64,000 nt of DNA, from NCBI GenBank assembly GCA_051362555.1, contig CM120640.1, positions 37,653,967 to 37,717,966 on the forward strand, in the 5' to 3' direction. This document shows, one piece after another, positions 12,490 through 26,100 of the stretch (position 1 is its first letter; each line of letters opens with the position of its first letter). The position numbers were made by a program, and so were the translations under genes. This DNA comes from Lingula anatina (lineage: Eukaryota > Animalia > Brachiopoda). The notes under the pieces are model-generated. The model was not told where the DNA came from and searched no databases. It worked only from the letters and a program-made list of their open reading frames with translations.

Positions 12490-15400
12490 TAAGAAGTGAA
12501 CTTTTGTAAACTGTAGTGTGTAGTTTCAGAAACATGCATATATAAAGTGCGAAACGTTTTTACTTCAAAAACATTCCTTACTGAATAATAAAACAAAATT
12601 GCCCACAATGAGAACTGAAAATTGTGTATTTCACTTGTGAAAAGATTGTCAAAGATCTTAATTGCGTCATACATGTACATGGGAACTGCAAAATATACAC
12701 AAGAGAAGAAAATCACATTCAGAATAAAGTGTTTTCAATTTATTAATGCCTGGGCGTTTTTGCCACCATGTTATTTCCGCTGATGCTGAAATTTAGTCAC
12801 TAAGTAATAAAGCACAGCCTAATATATCAGTAACTGCAAAACACAAGTTCCATCGAATGATTCTAATTATTGATTATATTCATCATAATGAAAATAAATA
12901 TGTTGTCAAATGTATGAAGATCGGCAAAATTAAAGGTAGTAATTAACAAAATTATAGTTTGTCTTTTTGTCTGACTGTGAGACAGTGCCCAGTTCCCATT
13001 GATTTGTACCGCTTTCCATAGATTGTATGAATCAAATGGAGGATGGACTCCCTGATGTACGAAACATCGGTTTCTTTATACAGTAGTAGAATGTGTGTTG
13101 CGTGTTCCAATCAAGATACCCCAAATGAGAATGGTTGACTGCAGTTATTTACCCCTAATACGTGATCATCAATGGGGAAAAATTAGTTTTGACAGCATCT
13201 GTCATTAACACCTCAAAATTTTAGGCCAGTTTCACAAAGCTACCGGTACCTTTCCTTAAACCAGCGAGACAGAAAATTTGCTCATTGGCAAAGATTTTAG
13301 CGAGCGATCGTTTGACTAACGCGTTGTGCAATTACAAGCAAATTGCATTTATGCAGTGCTAGAAATATAACATTGTACTACATGTAACAAGCATTTCCAG
13401 ATTGTCTAGAAAATGCAGTATGAACACGCTGCAAATGTAATGGTAAATGTTATGTCAGTATTCCAGCCGCCCTGTATCCCACCATGCCATTTCACGCTAG
13501 AGTTTGAATTGTCTAATCATACAGTATCGTCTGCAACTGCCATACATCTTGCGGTTCTGACAACCATGGTTATTGCAGACCAAACGGGCTTAAATTGTTT
13601 AACGACATTTCTGTCCAAATTGCATATTGAATTTTAGCTGGACTGCTTTTTGCTTGCATTGAAACTTCTTGGTTTACTACTAGCCATAAATCTTAAGTCC
13701 AATAATAGGTTCCACTGTGAGCAAATTGGAATTGTCTCCCAAACTAAGGGTTTTTGTTTACAATCTTGATCCTCGTTTCAGTGAATGATGTGGATGGCTA
13801 TAAATAACCAGCATGCCATTCAACGCACAAGACAAAGGTTTGGTAATTTCTTCTCGTAAGGCTGATACTTGGGGAATGGGGTCGCTGCATGGTACAAAGA
13901 TGGGTTTGTTTATATGCTGTCAAATAATCAGTACACAGTGTCGTTGATAACATTACTGTGTTAATTCCCTCTGCGCCACGGGATGTAATCATAGACTTGT
14001 CGCTTATGAGCTAGGTGCCAATTACATGAAGCAGGTTTTTTTCTAGTGATTAGTCATTTAATCAAATCCTGAACAGAGCACTTAAGATGCGTGTGTCTGA
14101 TTTCACAGCGATAAAAACGTGGTTTATCGAAGATGTTTACATGTGCATTCCTAATTATTATTCATTTTTATCAAAATCACGAAGTAGCTGATGATTATAG
14201 ATGTCATCTAATCACAAGCATGATGCTGACTCTAAATAAAGACACAGAAGTTGCATCTGAAAGTTGAAGCTGTTTGTCAATACTAGTAGGTACGTAACGA
14301 TCAAGACAGGTATGTAGCGTTCTAATGGTACGAAGTGCACAGCGGGCAAAATCTTGGGAAGAGGGAGACGCAAAGTTGTGACTCTTGGAACCCAAGATTT
14401 TACACTGTCCGGCAGTGACAGAATATCCCGTGGGTATATCTGTCTGAATTGGCCCCAGCCTTTTTTGCCCCAATAAATCTCTTGATGAAAACTATTTCAA
14501 CAATGTGTAATAAAGATTGGACATTTGAGGTTCGATTTGAAACCCATCAATAATTTGGGGATGTTGCAGCCGCAAAATAACCTTTGCACCATGAAATATA
14601 ACAAAAGATATATGACATAAGCAGGTTATTTAAGCTTTAATTAATACAACATTTAATGCAAACTGATGGTTGCTGATAACACAGAAAAGATACACAAGTC
14701 ATTCTTTTCTTATTCCTTTTTCAGACTATTAACATTATTCTGCACTTTCATGCAGAAATAGGAAAACAGCCTTTTTTATTAAAAAACTAAGTTGATACGA
14801 CATAATTTATAAATGTACCTTAATTTGCTGATAAATTTGTGTTTTTAAGTTTAAATGTATTGGCTAAACATCCAAGTATAAAAACATAAGAGCTACAAGT
14901 GATTACATCATTGTGTATCCCCATGGGAAATAAACTCATAATGTCCTTGTGGTGAAAATTACGTAGATTAATGGTTAAAACTCATAGATCCCTGGGGACT
15001 CCCCGTGATGATTCCCCTGGCGAATATTAAGATTCTCTTAAGATATCAAATTTATAAAATGCGAGAAAAATCCAAGGCAGACCCACCACTATGAACCACC
15101 ACAACACACATTATCTAGTTAACCGGGGGTCAAGCATAACCTTCAATTAACTTGGAACTGATGGAATTTCAAACAGAGGAGACATTTACTGTTGTAGGCT
15201 GATTACTTGGAAAGACGTAATTCTTTAGGAGAGAAAGGGGAAATTGTGAATATGTTTTATAAGATGGATTTCTTTAAAATGAACGACGAATAAACAAAGC
15301 TGCAGGTGGTTCGAATCACATACTCTTTATGTCTCCTCCATCCCAATGCACCACAAACTTTCATAATCCCATTCACAACAAGAGAGAAGGGAATAAAGAA

Positions 15401-15623
15401 TACTGGTTGTTCGACAATTGCTTTTATAATAGCTGACATATTTGGCATTATATTAAGCTGGGTACACAATCGGCTTAGGTCCAACGTTTTTCATAACAAT
15501 TACATAACTTACTAAAAGCAAAAAAACACTATAAGTGAAATAAAACAACGTAAATGTTATGAGATGGTCCCTCACTTGCGCAAATTCCTACCACGAACAC
15601 TCCATGTAAGCTTGAGCACACGA

Positions 15624-15994
15624 TCACGTCAGTGACTTAAATTACGGGAATCGGCTTCAATTGCGGGAATCGGTAGGTGTGTCTTTTGTCTCTTTCTGTT
15701 CAAATACATTGCGCCTGCGTCAATAGACTCTCTGTTGTCTAATAATTCCGGACAAATGGACAGTGACCTGAAACCTTAGCCTTTATTTTGCTGAAGCCGC
15801 GATTAAGTTCGTCATTGATCTCCGAGAAGCCATCGATTGGAAAATAGGTCCAACACGCCTGCTGTTTGAACGCACAAACACCCATTTATAAAACGGACAA
15901 GTTTGCAGTAGTGAAGTACATTCAGTAGTGACGAACAATACCAAGAAGAGCGCTTAGATTGCAAGAGGTTCGGAGTTGTGCAAAAACAACTAAG
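15624..15994 (+). promoter_or_regulatory. Putative promoter and non-coding first exon of precursor gene 2
   Basis: CRE-like CGTCA sites (15624-31, 15716-22, 15810-14), ATTGG (15836-40), TATAAAA at 15887, Inr-like TCAGT at 15922, donor AAG|gtaaga at 15995. Confidence 0.5.
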
Positions 15995-16494
15995 GTAAGA
16001 CTTTGTGCTTCGAAATTTGCAATGCAGTGGTCTTTATTTATTTATTTATTTTTTTTTTTTGATTTTTGTTGAAATTGTACTCAACTAATTACTTTTACAA
16101 TTGAATAATTGTTGTTTTGTAAATCATTTCTTTTTCTTAGGTAATTTATTTCGGTCTTTTTAAGACACAAAGATGGCAGGAATGCTTACAATCATGCATT
16201 TTACCATGTTATTGCTGGTTTGTAGTTAGTACAATTTCAAAAAGGAAAGGCTTAAATTGACACAGCAAACAGTCGAGTGCAGCAGCCCTTAATGGATATC
16301 TTATCGATAAAGTGAATTGTATAAGTTAAAACTAGTAAGTGTTGGAGAACCTGTTCTCACTCTTTCCAAAAACATTTTGGTCAAATAATCATCATTTGTG
16401 TAGAATTGACGGGGAAAAGGCTAGTTTGTGAGTTAATACAAATAAACGTCCACATACTGTCTGCATTATTCTTTCATTTTTTCGTTTGCAGGAG

Positions 16495-17183
16495 ATGATT
16501 AAGAATCTGAAAATGAATGCAACCGTATCAAGGCTTTTTTGCGCTGTCTTTGTGTCCTGTGTTCTCATACCATCATTAGCCTATGGTTCGGTAAGTTAGT
16601 GTTGCCAAATAGGTAATTACGGAGAGATGAGAGCAATTTCGTGTTAATGAACAGTTTCAAAATAAGGTGGTTCACCCACTTATTGGAGACGTATTCATAT
16701 TACAACGCCCCCTTAATTTCCCCGCATCAATTCAAGTTAAAATTTTTATGTAAAATATTTGGTCTATAAAGTACGGTATATTTAATCGTAAATTTTAAAC
16801 AATTCTGTTTATTTTTGATTATGTTCATATCGTAACTTAGATATTAAAAAGCGCAAACTTTGGGAAGATTTTCGTATTGTTGAGAGAGAAGCCATTCCTC
16901 AGTACACTTTTTAAAGAGAAATATACGTTAAACTGGGTGTAAAAACGTTTTCACCTGTTGACTGATACAACATTTAAAATGCATACATATTTGGAACGCA
17001 TGTATTGCAATGTGATATATATATGCCTGAAACAAATAGTTGTCTCACAGTGGAACCATTCTTAGCATTTGTATCGAAGCAATTGTTCTCTTCGTCCATC
17101 ATAATTCGGAACATATAATTTCAGTTGTTCCAAACAATCAATACAAAACATCTACAACTGTAGAAGTAAATGAAACGCGCACG

Positions 17184-17214
<31 letters not shown>

Positions 17215-20200
17215 ATTACGTGGTGGCAAATTGATGAGTTGATGCACGGAAGACTATGGCATGATTCGGACTGATTATTTTATCGATTTTGTAAGATATT
17301 GACAACTTCCACGGTGAAAACCCCAGTTAAACCCTATAATTTCATCGCAACGCTGAAAATCACCTCAGTCATTTTTTGACAACATATTTGCGTATATCCA
17401 GAAAACCCATTAAGGCTAATTAAGCGTCTCTCATTTCGGTTAAAATAGTACTATCTGTCATCGCAGGACGAGTCCACCTGCTAATCGCGTGTCTTTTTTG
17501 TAAACTATTTCCATGGAACAAATTTCCAAGAAATATCGTCACGTTGAGATTTCTGAATATGACCTCTGTGACATTGAAAGAAATCTAAGAGTAACCTATT
17601 CGCAAAACCATTCAAACGCACCATTAGAGAGCCAAATCTTTATAGAATGCATCTAAGATCACTTTAGACGTTTATTTTGTGTTACAAAATTGGTGGCCAT
17701 ATCTACCATTTTCAGAGATACAGACAAACAAACTTCCAGGACATCTAAAATAATGTGAATACTTGCTGGTTAACTTGTTAACTTTGACTTTTGTTACTTT
17801 AAGCCTATATCACAAGGTACACTGGTCAAAGTCGAGATTCTGTCAACATAGTAAATCACTGACACAGCTGATGATATATGGGTTGGTGCTTTGTCAATGA
17901 TTTACATACCATATCATTGACACAGCACCCATATATCGTCACTATTTAACAGATAAGTTGGAAAAAGCAATAAGGTGCTCAATAACAACGGATGGGTGCA
18001 TAGAACATGGCAAAGCAAAACATACGTACAATCTGACGGACAGAACAAATATGGTGAATATGGTGATGAATACTATAATACAGTGCTGATGGGTGCCTGT
18101 TCATTGATTTTAATTTATCTGAAAGGGACTTTTCTAACGGCAATAACTTGAAGTCCCATTAGACGTTGTCGCTCGTTTATCGTTTAATGTTAAATTCAAG
18201 CATATCCTTCAAGTGGTATTCGAGGCACTTAATTTCATCAATTGCAAACTCTGATTTAGTGAGGAAGTCTGCGCTCAGGAAAGAATCAAACAAACCCGGT
18301 TGATCCCAGATATAAGATGCATGCTTGACCGTTAAACAAGCTGAGCAAGACCACTGTATGATCCCACTAATGTTAATTTGGCTGGCTACTTAAACCAGAG
18401 AGTACATGGCAATCAAGCTGGTACTTACTGCATTGAAAGTAAAATAACTTATCTTAGAAATGTTCCAAGCGCATTTTAAGTTAGTCACATGTCAGTTTAA
18501 AAACAGTGTAGGTCATTAAACCGAACAATGCTTTATACTGCTACATATATCCATACATGGTCAAACTGGCCGAAAAGGACGTAAATAAAATGAAAAAGGT
18601 GCGTCATTTCAGCGCCATCCGTTGAGTACACATGTCGAACTGAGCTTGGCGTGGTGGCATTATTTTGAAAATATGGAGGTTTGATTCAAGTTTTAATCCA
18701 TTGGTTTTGGAAGCCAATCGTGTTTAACGTATCTGGAAATGGTGATATTATCAGTCCAACTGTTTTCTAGATAGCGTTCAAAAGTTTTCTAGATAGCGTG
18801 CGTGTCGAGTAACCTTCTGAAGCAGCTCGAGGCGAGACTCCAGAATCGGATATTTTTAATTCACGATCGGACATTGGGTCTGCTTTAAACACTAAATTTA
18901 CAATTACTTAATCACTATAAGTGATTTTCCCCAATACTAGCCTAAAGACAGGACAAAAACTGCTCAGGAATATCAATGTTCAGCACAAACTTCCAAAGGA
19001 AGCAAGCTTTGATGGTTTTCTAGTATACTACGCACTCTCATGCACTTATATTTGCCTAAAAGACAAGTTAGCCTTTAATGGATAATCGGTCATTTTGAAA
19101 GCAGCGTACATGGATGTGTGACGCAGATAATGTTCAGACCGTGCTCTATTTTCTCTATAAAAAAACGCCCCATTGTTCACGTATTCAATATAAACTGAAG
19201 GTATCACGTTTCCCTTTAATCCGGTGTTTTAATGTCATTTAATTAGTTGTTCGCGGCTCAACGATGTGATTTGTCTCGATTCTCAAGGGATGACACCACT
19301 TAATACGTTTGATTGATTCGCTTTAAGGTAGAGCGTGCAGTGTTAATTCCCTGTTCAAACGGTTTTTAGTCTCGTGTCTTATCAAAATAGCCAGTAGTGG
19401 AAGTGCTCGGTCACGGTCCATAAGATAGCGGAACTAGTCGGAGTGTGTGATCCCCACGCTGGAATTTACACTGGAAAAATGATTTTGCAGAACGGTGAAC
19501 AAATCAAAGCGCTTAATAAAGACCGATATTATATTAGTTTCCTTCGATTTCACACCTCACTGCAGCCTGATCGACATTAACAATGTATGTTACACATCAA
19601 AGTTTTGCCAAACATGGATTGAAAGATCTCCGGAAAGACAGTGCTTGCTTATCAGGCTCCACTCTAAATCCCACGCTGGACAAAACCATGGTAGTATTTC
19701 CGTCAACTATACTCAAAGGAAGAATCGGTCTGACCCAGCTTTATGATAAATTCTAAATGAATTGATATTGAAAAAAAAAAAACAAGTTAATTCCAAACTC
19801 AATATTAATGGTTTCTGAAAGATATATGTTCCTTTCGTCTTTCAAAACTCCAACTGCCTCAGTACCTCGTCCTTTATCAAACTGCTAATTTCCTGTAACT
19901 TTTTTGTCATACATATCATTCATATATACCATCTCTTATAACATGTAACCAGTATTTTTTGCTTCTTACAGCAGCATGCCTCATCATCAGATGGAAGTAG
20001 ACACCGTTTTAAAAGAGCGCTCCCGTTAGGTTTTCTTTTACGAAACCAAAACCAGCCGCCTGCTTTGTCAAGACCACTAAAACCCAGCATTGGCAGCGTG
20101 CTCCGACCAGCTGTTTCCCCGGCAGAAACTTCATCTTCACAGCTACAGGATTTACGTGAATTTTTAACATTTTTAAGATATAAAGGTAAAAAATTATGTA

Positions 20201-21366
20201 AATATCACAGGGAAGCTTAATTAAAACATCCCATGGCGTATTCACTAAATTTATCAATCAGTTATTGTTCAATTGATTTTACTAATACTTTACATTAGTC
20301 GTTTTTATATTGAGTTAGTTTTAATTATCTTGCAAGAGAAAACCTGAATAAGGGAGTTTTCCATTTTGGGAGAATTGCTCCATTTCGCTTTGCTGGATGT
20401 ACTTCTCACTGTCAGATGACAGTATTCAGTTCTAGTGAGAAGAAACTGTCCTCCTACCACACTTCTGACCATATGATGTGTTTTTCGTGTATATACAAGT
20501 CTTTCTTACAGTTTTAGGAATTGTATAAGTTATCCACACACGAGCCTGTAGTTCAATTAGTTCCGTTTTATTTAAGTGCACCTTGATTTTGTTCAGAATC
20601 CAAGCGCCCACACCAAAGCAATCAAAGCTGAAACCACAACTTCAACTTTTCATGAAGACAATCGAAGCAGCAGTGGCATTTTCCTATTTCTATTTGCCTT
20701 ACATATTTCCGTGGTTTCTTGAAAATGTAGTAATAAAACATCACTTGATAAGAAAAATATACACAAAAAGACACGCATTGTCTTCAAAACCCACACTCCT
20801 TTTAAGTAAGGTTAAGAAGAGTCTCCGCGGTATCAGCCTTAATGTTAACTTCCGCGTTCCTTGCGGATATACTTTAGAATGGTCCCTAAAACCGTTAAGA
20901 AACACAGGGAGTCCAAGACTTAATTTCATGTGGCAAAATTGATTTTCCTGAATATTTCATAGCTTTTCCCTTAATCACTAAGACACTATGTATAAAAATA
21001 GTTGACAGAATTACGTTCTTTAAACCCGTTTTAAGTTTCTGTCATTTGGGTCTTTAATTTCTCGTCATAGAAATGGAAACCGGTGAATTTCAATGAAAAT
21101 TTATTTAGAACTCGGAAATGGATCGTTATTTTTGGCAAATTTGGCACATGATATTCTTTGGTTATTGAGGGAAACGTCAAAATTCCCAGACAAAAGTACA
21201 TTTTTGTTGTATAAAAGCCTGATGCACATTGTATAACTTAAAAGATAAATTCAGAGAGTAAGAAACTGCTTCCATTTTTGTTTCAGAGGATGGATCGTTT
21301 ATGGCCTGCTTGATGGAGAAACAACTCGAAAAGGAGTTACATGAGATGTTAGAATCTGGCCAGTGA
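16495..21366 (+). CDS. Precursor gene 2: secreted prepropeptide (neuropeptide/hormone-like), about 114-129 aa
   Basis: Exon 16495-16590 encodes signal peptide MIKNLKMNATVSRLFCAVFVSCVLIPSLAYGS|gtaagt. Exon 19972-20185 encodes QHASSSDGSRHRFKRALPLGFLLRNQNQPPALSRPLKPSIGSVLRPAVSPAETSSSQLQDLREFLTFLRYK. Terminal exon is 21287-21366 (EDGSFMACLMEKQLEKELHEMLESGQ*) or 20597-20631 (ESKRPHQSNQS*). Splice sites are canonical, phases match, and there is an RFKR furin site. Confidence 0.7.
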
Positions 21367-22199
21367 GGATGACATTCTTTATCTACGTTGTTTTAACTGA
21401 ATTTTTTCCGATCTGTCATAAGAGAAATACCTCTTGTTACCACTTTATGTTTCACATTTGACGTTTACACTTTATTCTCGTCTATTGCGATGTTTTGGAC
21501 AGCTGGCACGTTATACTGGGATATGCTAGGGAGTTATATTTGATATTTTGATCCAATTTACTAATCCAGTCCACGATAAGTTTTTGCTAATAATCACATT
21601 GTAATCAGACGAAATACTAGAACGAGTCCTTCCAGGATAATTGATACGGACACACCTTTCTCTGTCATTTCTGACGCAATTTTAGTTCGGTATCTGTAAG
21701 GATCATGATATTAGGCCTATAATTTGGTATCATAAGGATACAAAATTCATATACGGTGTGTTTATGTTTTGCTCCCTTTTGGTGTAAGTCCGAGGTGATT
21801 AAATTTCAATACATTTTATAATCAATAAAATCACCACTCATAAAAAGGTGTCACATTGTTATTTTCTTTCTTAAAAAAGTAAGGGTGACATATGCAAGAC
21901 GTTTCTCAATATTACAATACAAGAAATTCATGTTTAAAAAATGTATTGTGGACATGGATGTGATATGCCTTTGGAGAACTGTAAACTTTACGTGTTGAAT
22001 AAGAGGCAGTGTTCAGAGGGCAAGGGGTATCTTTATACACACTAAGCGATCTGTTTGCTAGGTGAAGTTTATATTAGGAGACTATATATACTGTGCTAAT
22101 GCGTGGATCACGTTTTGCAATAAGACCCACACGTATACTGCGAGGTAATTCGAGAAGTACATATCACGAACATACGCGTCAAGCCTTTTCTTTTATCCT

Positions 22200-23160
22200 C
22201 GTTTTGCAAGACTGAACGAAGGAAGAGGCGTAAGGCGATTAGCGTCTACTGCAAACAGGTAATCTTCCCCGTGGGACCCGGGCACGGTGTAACGGTCTCT
22301 CCCCGTCTTATGCCGAGACCGAGAAGACCGCCCATCGATGTCTACCTCGCACAGGTTGCCTTCACCGCGGAAGCTGTGTTGAATACTTCAGTCTCTCCCC
22401 GCCCGGAGGGGAGGCCGAGACGACCGCCGATCAGCGGCTACGGGGCACAGGAAGCCATCACCGCGGAAGCCATGCTGAATATAACGGTCTCTCCACCTTG
22501 CGGGGAGGCAGAAATGGCCACTGATCGTTGTCTGTGATTAAATATCCCAGGCCAGGGGAGAGATTTAAGGCCCCTGGGTTTCTTGTCATGCTGTAGGGTG
22601 GACCAATTTTGGATTTTTTTTCAAAAAACGATTCTGGCAACCAGAAACTAGTGTCGTTTTTCAGATCCGATTCTGACGCCGAGAAACCAGAGACCAGATT
22701 GGATGGAGGAAGAAGCGACTGGCGATTAGCGTCTATTGCGATCAGGTCACCCTCACCGTGGAAGCTGGGCAGGGTGTTACGGTCTCTCCTCGACGTGCGA
22801 GAGGGAGGACGAGATGAGCGCCGATCGATTTCTACAGGTCGGCCCCTGGGCGTCTCGCTTTGTTGAGTGGCTGACTAACTTAGATTTTATTTAATAAAAA
22901 TAAACAATTGGGGCAATTAGAGACTAGTGTTGTTTTTCAAAAAAGATTCTTACACACTAGGTTGATAGGGTCGTTAGATAGTGTGTGTTATGGGGAGGGA
23001 AAGAGGGGCAGGGGTAACATGGGTCTCCCTTTGTTGTTTGGATTATAAATTTTAATTTTATTCAATTTTCCAAATAAAATTTTAAGAAAAAAGTGTCGTT
23101 AAAAAATTCTGGAAAACAGAAACCGGTGTCCTTTTACGAAAAACGAACCTTGCAACTAAA
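22200..23160. repeat. Unclassified GC-rich modular repeat with 96-bp sub-units, copy 1
   Basis: Three tandem ~96-bp units (about 22235-22520), a fourth at about 22720-22820, and recurring gtgtc(g)ttttt...aaaa(c)gattct motifs. An inverted relative lies at 31480-31910. Confidence 0.7.
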
Positions 23161-26100
23161 AACTATTCATTATCTGAACTTTACATAATGGAATATATAA
23201 GCACCGTGCATGTACGTTTTTTTTTCAATTCGGTTAAAATACTTGGTCGATTTTGATAGTTTATCTATTCACTTTTCATCTATTCAATTCTCTTTTAATA
23301 TAGGGTTTATTTATTTCATCATTACATTTTTACATTATGGTAAACTGATGTAGTATGTTAAGGTCATTTTATATGGTTTTTGGGTTCATATAATTAACAG
23401 ATAAAAAGTACAGCTAACTGTAAGCAGAGATGATGCCCGTACAGTTTGTAGATTACATGTACCGTTGGTGTTATTTTCATTACTATGACTTTATTGGTAT
23501 ATGTGCCAGTTCAAATTGCATTATTATCGCCATTTCTGTGGTGATGAAGATTTAGCACGCACAGGCGCGTGCACACACACACACACACACACACACACAC
23601 CAAAACAATATGCTGAGCTACCGATTGCAGCAGAGAAGATAATTTGTGTTCCCCTCCAGACGGCGCTATAGATCAGTATGGTTTGTCAAACCTGGCAAAA
23701 ACTGCTCAGATTGCAGCACGCAGTAGACCATAAAAGGATGTCCAGTGACCTACATAATGCCATTTTACTTTGGGGGTGTAAGGGTCTGAAGCTTAATTTA
23801 ATTAATTTAATCTAGTGTAATTTGAAATATGCGGGAAACAAAAGCTTCCTGTACATTACTATTTTAGTACATTGCTTATCAAAATCTGCCAGTCAACTTA
23901 TGGTAAATGATAAATAGAAAGGGCGGTTATACCTGCCTCCTACCCCGATGGACCATTTGAAACCTGAACCCTTGGAAGAGATGTCACTTCTTCAGTTCTG
24001 AGTGACCAGGGTGTGGATGCAAGGCGGCCAGGATACTAAGTATATATATGTAGATATTTCAGTTTTAACCGATTCAACGAAACGTTATAAGACAATGGTT
24101 TTAGGTATTTGTTGGTAACTTATATTTGATGTATTTAAAAAATGTCTTTGACGGCTGCATGTTGAACACTGGGTTTTACCATCCACCAGTATTTTCCCCA
24201 CGTAATATTTTGTGTCCTTCATGCCTCCTTTATTTCATCACGTACCTGATGACAGTAAAATTTGCAGTTGTGTCTCATGTTAACTACACAGAATTTTAAA
24301 CTACATCGGCAGAATTAGTAGTGGCAGTAAAGTTTTACATGCGAAATAGTCAAGATGGGGAAAATTCTGTGGTATGGCTCTTTTAAATTTTGGCTGTTGA
24401 AATTTAGTGAGTGGTTTTTAATACAATTGTGTCATAATTATAGTACAGCAAAATGGTCACAGTTGAAAATTAAAGAACGTGATTTTGGTTTAGTGATATA
24501 CTTCCACTTCTAATTTTGGCATGTTTTCACAAATAATACCATTGAAGTATGTGAGCTAGTAAATAGTTGTACTGCTATCTGCGTGACTGGTTATGAAAGC
24601 ATGATTTTCAAGGCATAGGGGGCGATCGCAAGTAATGCTTGAACGTAATTTTAATATTTCTTAATTATGGCTCATGTCAATATCACGTTGTCTAGTCAAA
24701 CAGTTCTGTCCAAAGCAATTTACCGTGTTTTTTTTACCTTCAAGTTTTAAAGCCTTTTGTAAAAAATTAAAATGCAGAATATTAAACATTGCGTAGTCAT
24801 TAGTAAAAAAGCTTGTTTTATTTCGCCAAAGAATGAAACCGCCTCTTATGCCTTTAAACATGTTTTACGTTACATAGTCTGTCTGAGTTTGAGTTTGCCT
24901 CCATGACGTTTGTAATACTATTTGCGGTATTCTTCAGCAAGGCAGCAAGTTGTGACTTGACGTTTATTTCAATGCAAATATAATGCTCAAAAATACGGAA
25001 AATTTACTTTTCTGGTCCAGAAAAACTCACAAGGGAAGCTCAGTTTGACCTTTTCATCAAAAGACGAAAAAAAAAGATCCCCTTGAAAACTGTTCATGTA
25101 ATTTTGTACATTTTGTGACTTATGTTACTTATTCACGTCCTTGCAAAGAAATAAATTATACTGAAGCTGTCTTATGTTATTGATCTTACAAATAATACAA
25201 AATCAATTTAATCCATTTCTAAAATTGTTTAATGCTTAGTTGACAAAATTCTATTAAAAGACTAAACATTTCATATTCTTTATTTTCTAAACAAACAAGC
25301 ATTTCACTCGGCTCTTGGAACTTGGCATTTACAATTCTTACACTCGCTTCGAACTACTGGAATTAAATTCTTAATTTTGAAGGTGTTCAATGTGGCTTGG
25401 ACCTTTAATAAAGCGCAAAAAAAAAAAAAAAAAAAAAATTCAGCAAATTTCTCTTTAGATTTACTTTATCCAAAAACCGTTTCCAAAACTACGATCTGAA
25501 AACCCCATTTGGGGTTACAAATTTTTATAATTGTATAGCCACGTGTAAAATTCACAAGTCTTTATTTCCATAGCGAGGGTGACTCAAAATCTAGTTACTT
25601 AAAACTCTTGCCTGTATAATGTTTTGAAGCTTGAAAACTTGCTGTCTTGTTGAGGAAAAAGTGTCATTTTTACGGACAACTATCGATCAATTTGTTTGAG
25701 TAATGGAGTATATTAAGTTCGCACATTTAAGGTTTAATTTGTAAAGTGATTTGGCTAAGCCAAGTGTACCAAGTTAAACTCTGCATAAAGATACTATAGA
25801 TATATTAAACGATGTTTGTTATTTATCTAAGTTTGCTCATCTGGATTGTAATCTTAATATCACTGATTTTTCTAAAGTTAAGGTGAATAGTATATGCAAT
25901 ATTTTTTGTAATTTTTTTGTTAATTATGACTTGCATTTGTGGCATTAATTTGTTGAACAGATCTCACTCTTGCATAAAGATGGAGGGAACAGTCATGTGG
26001 TCCAAAGTTTCCCATTTTCAAAACTAAAACTGCTTTTTAGCAATTCTATGTCAGCAGCATCTTCAGTATATCGATGCAGAAATGGTGTTTATTTTCTCAT

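Noticed and set aside
13224-13245. Harbinger-like terminus ggccagtttcacaaag
   Set aside because: No matching second end or TSD found.
23652-23668. CTCF-like motif ctccagacggcgcta
   Set aside because: Single imperfect match; not supportable from sequence alone.
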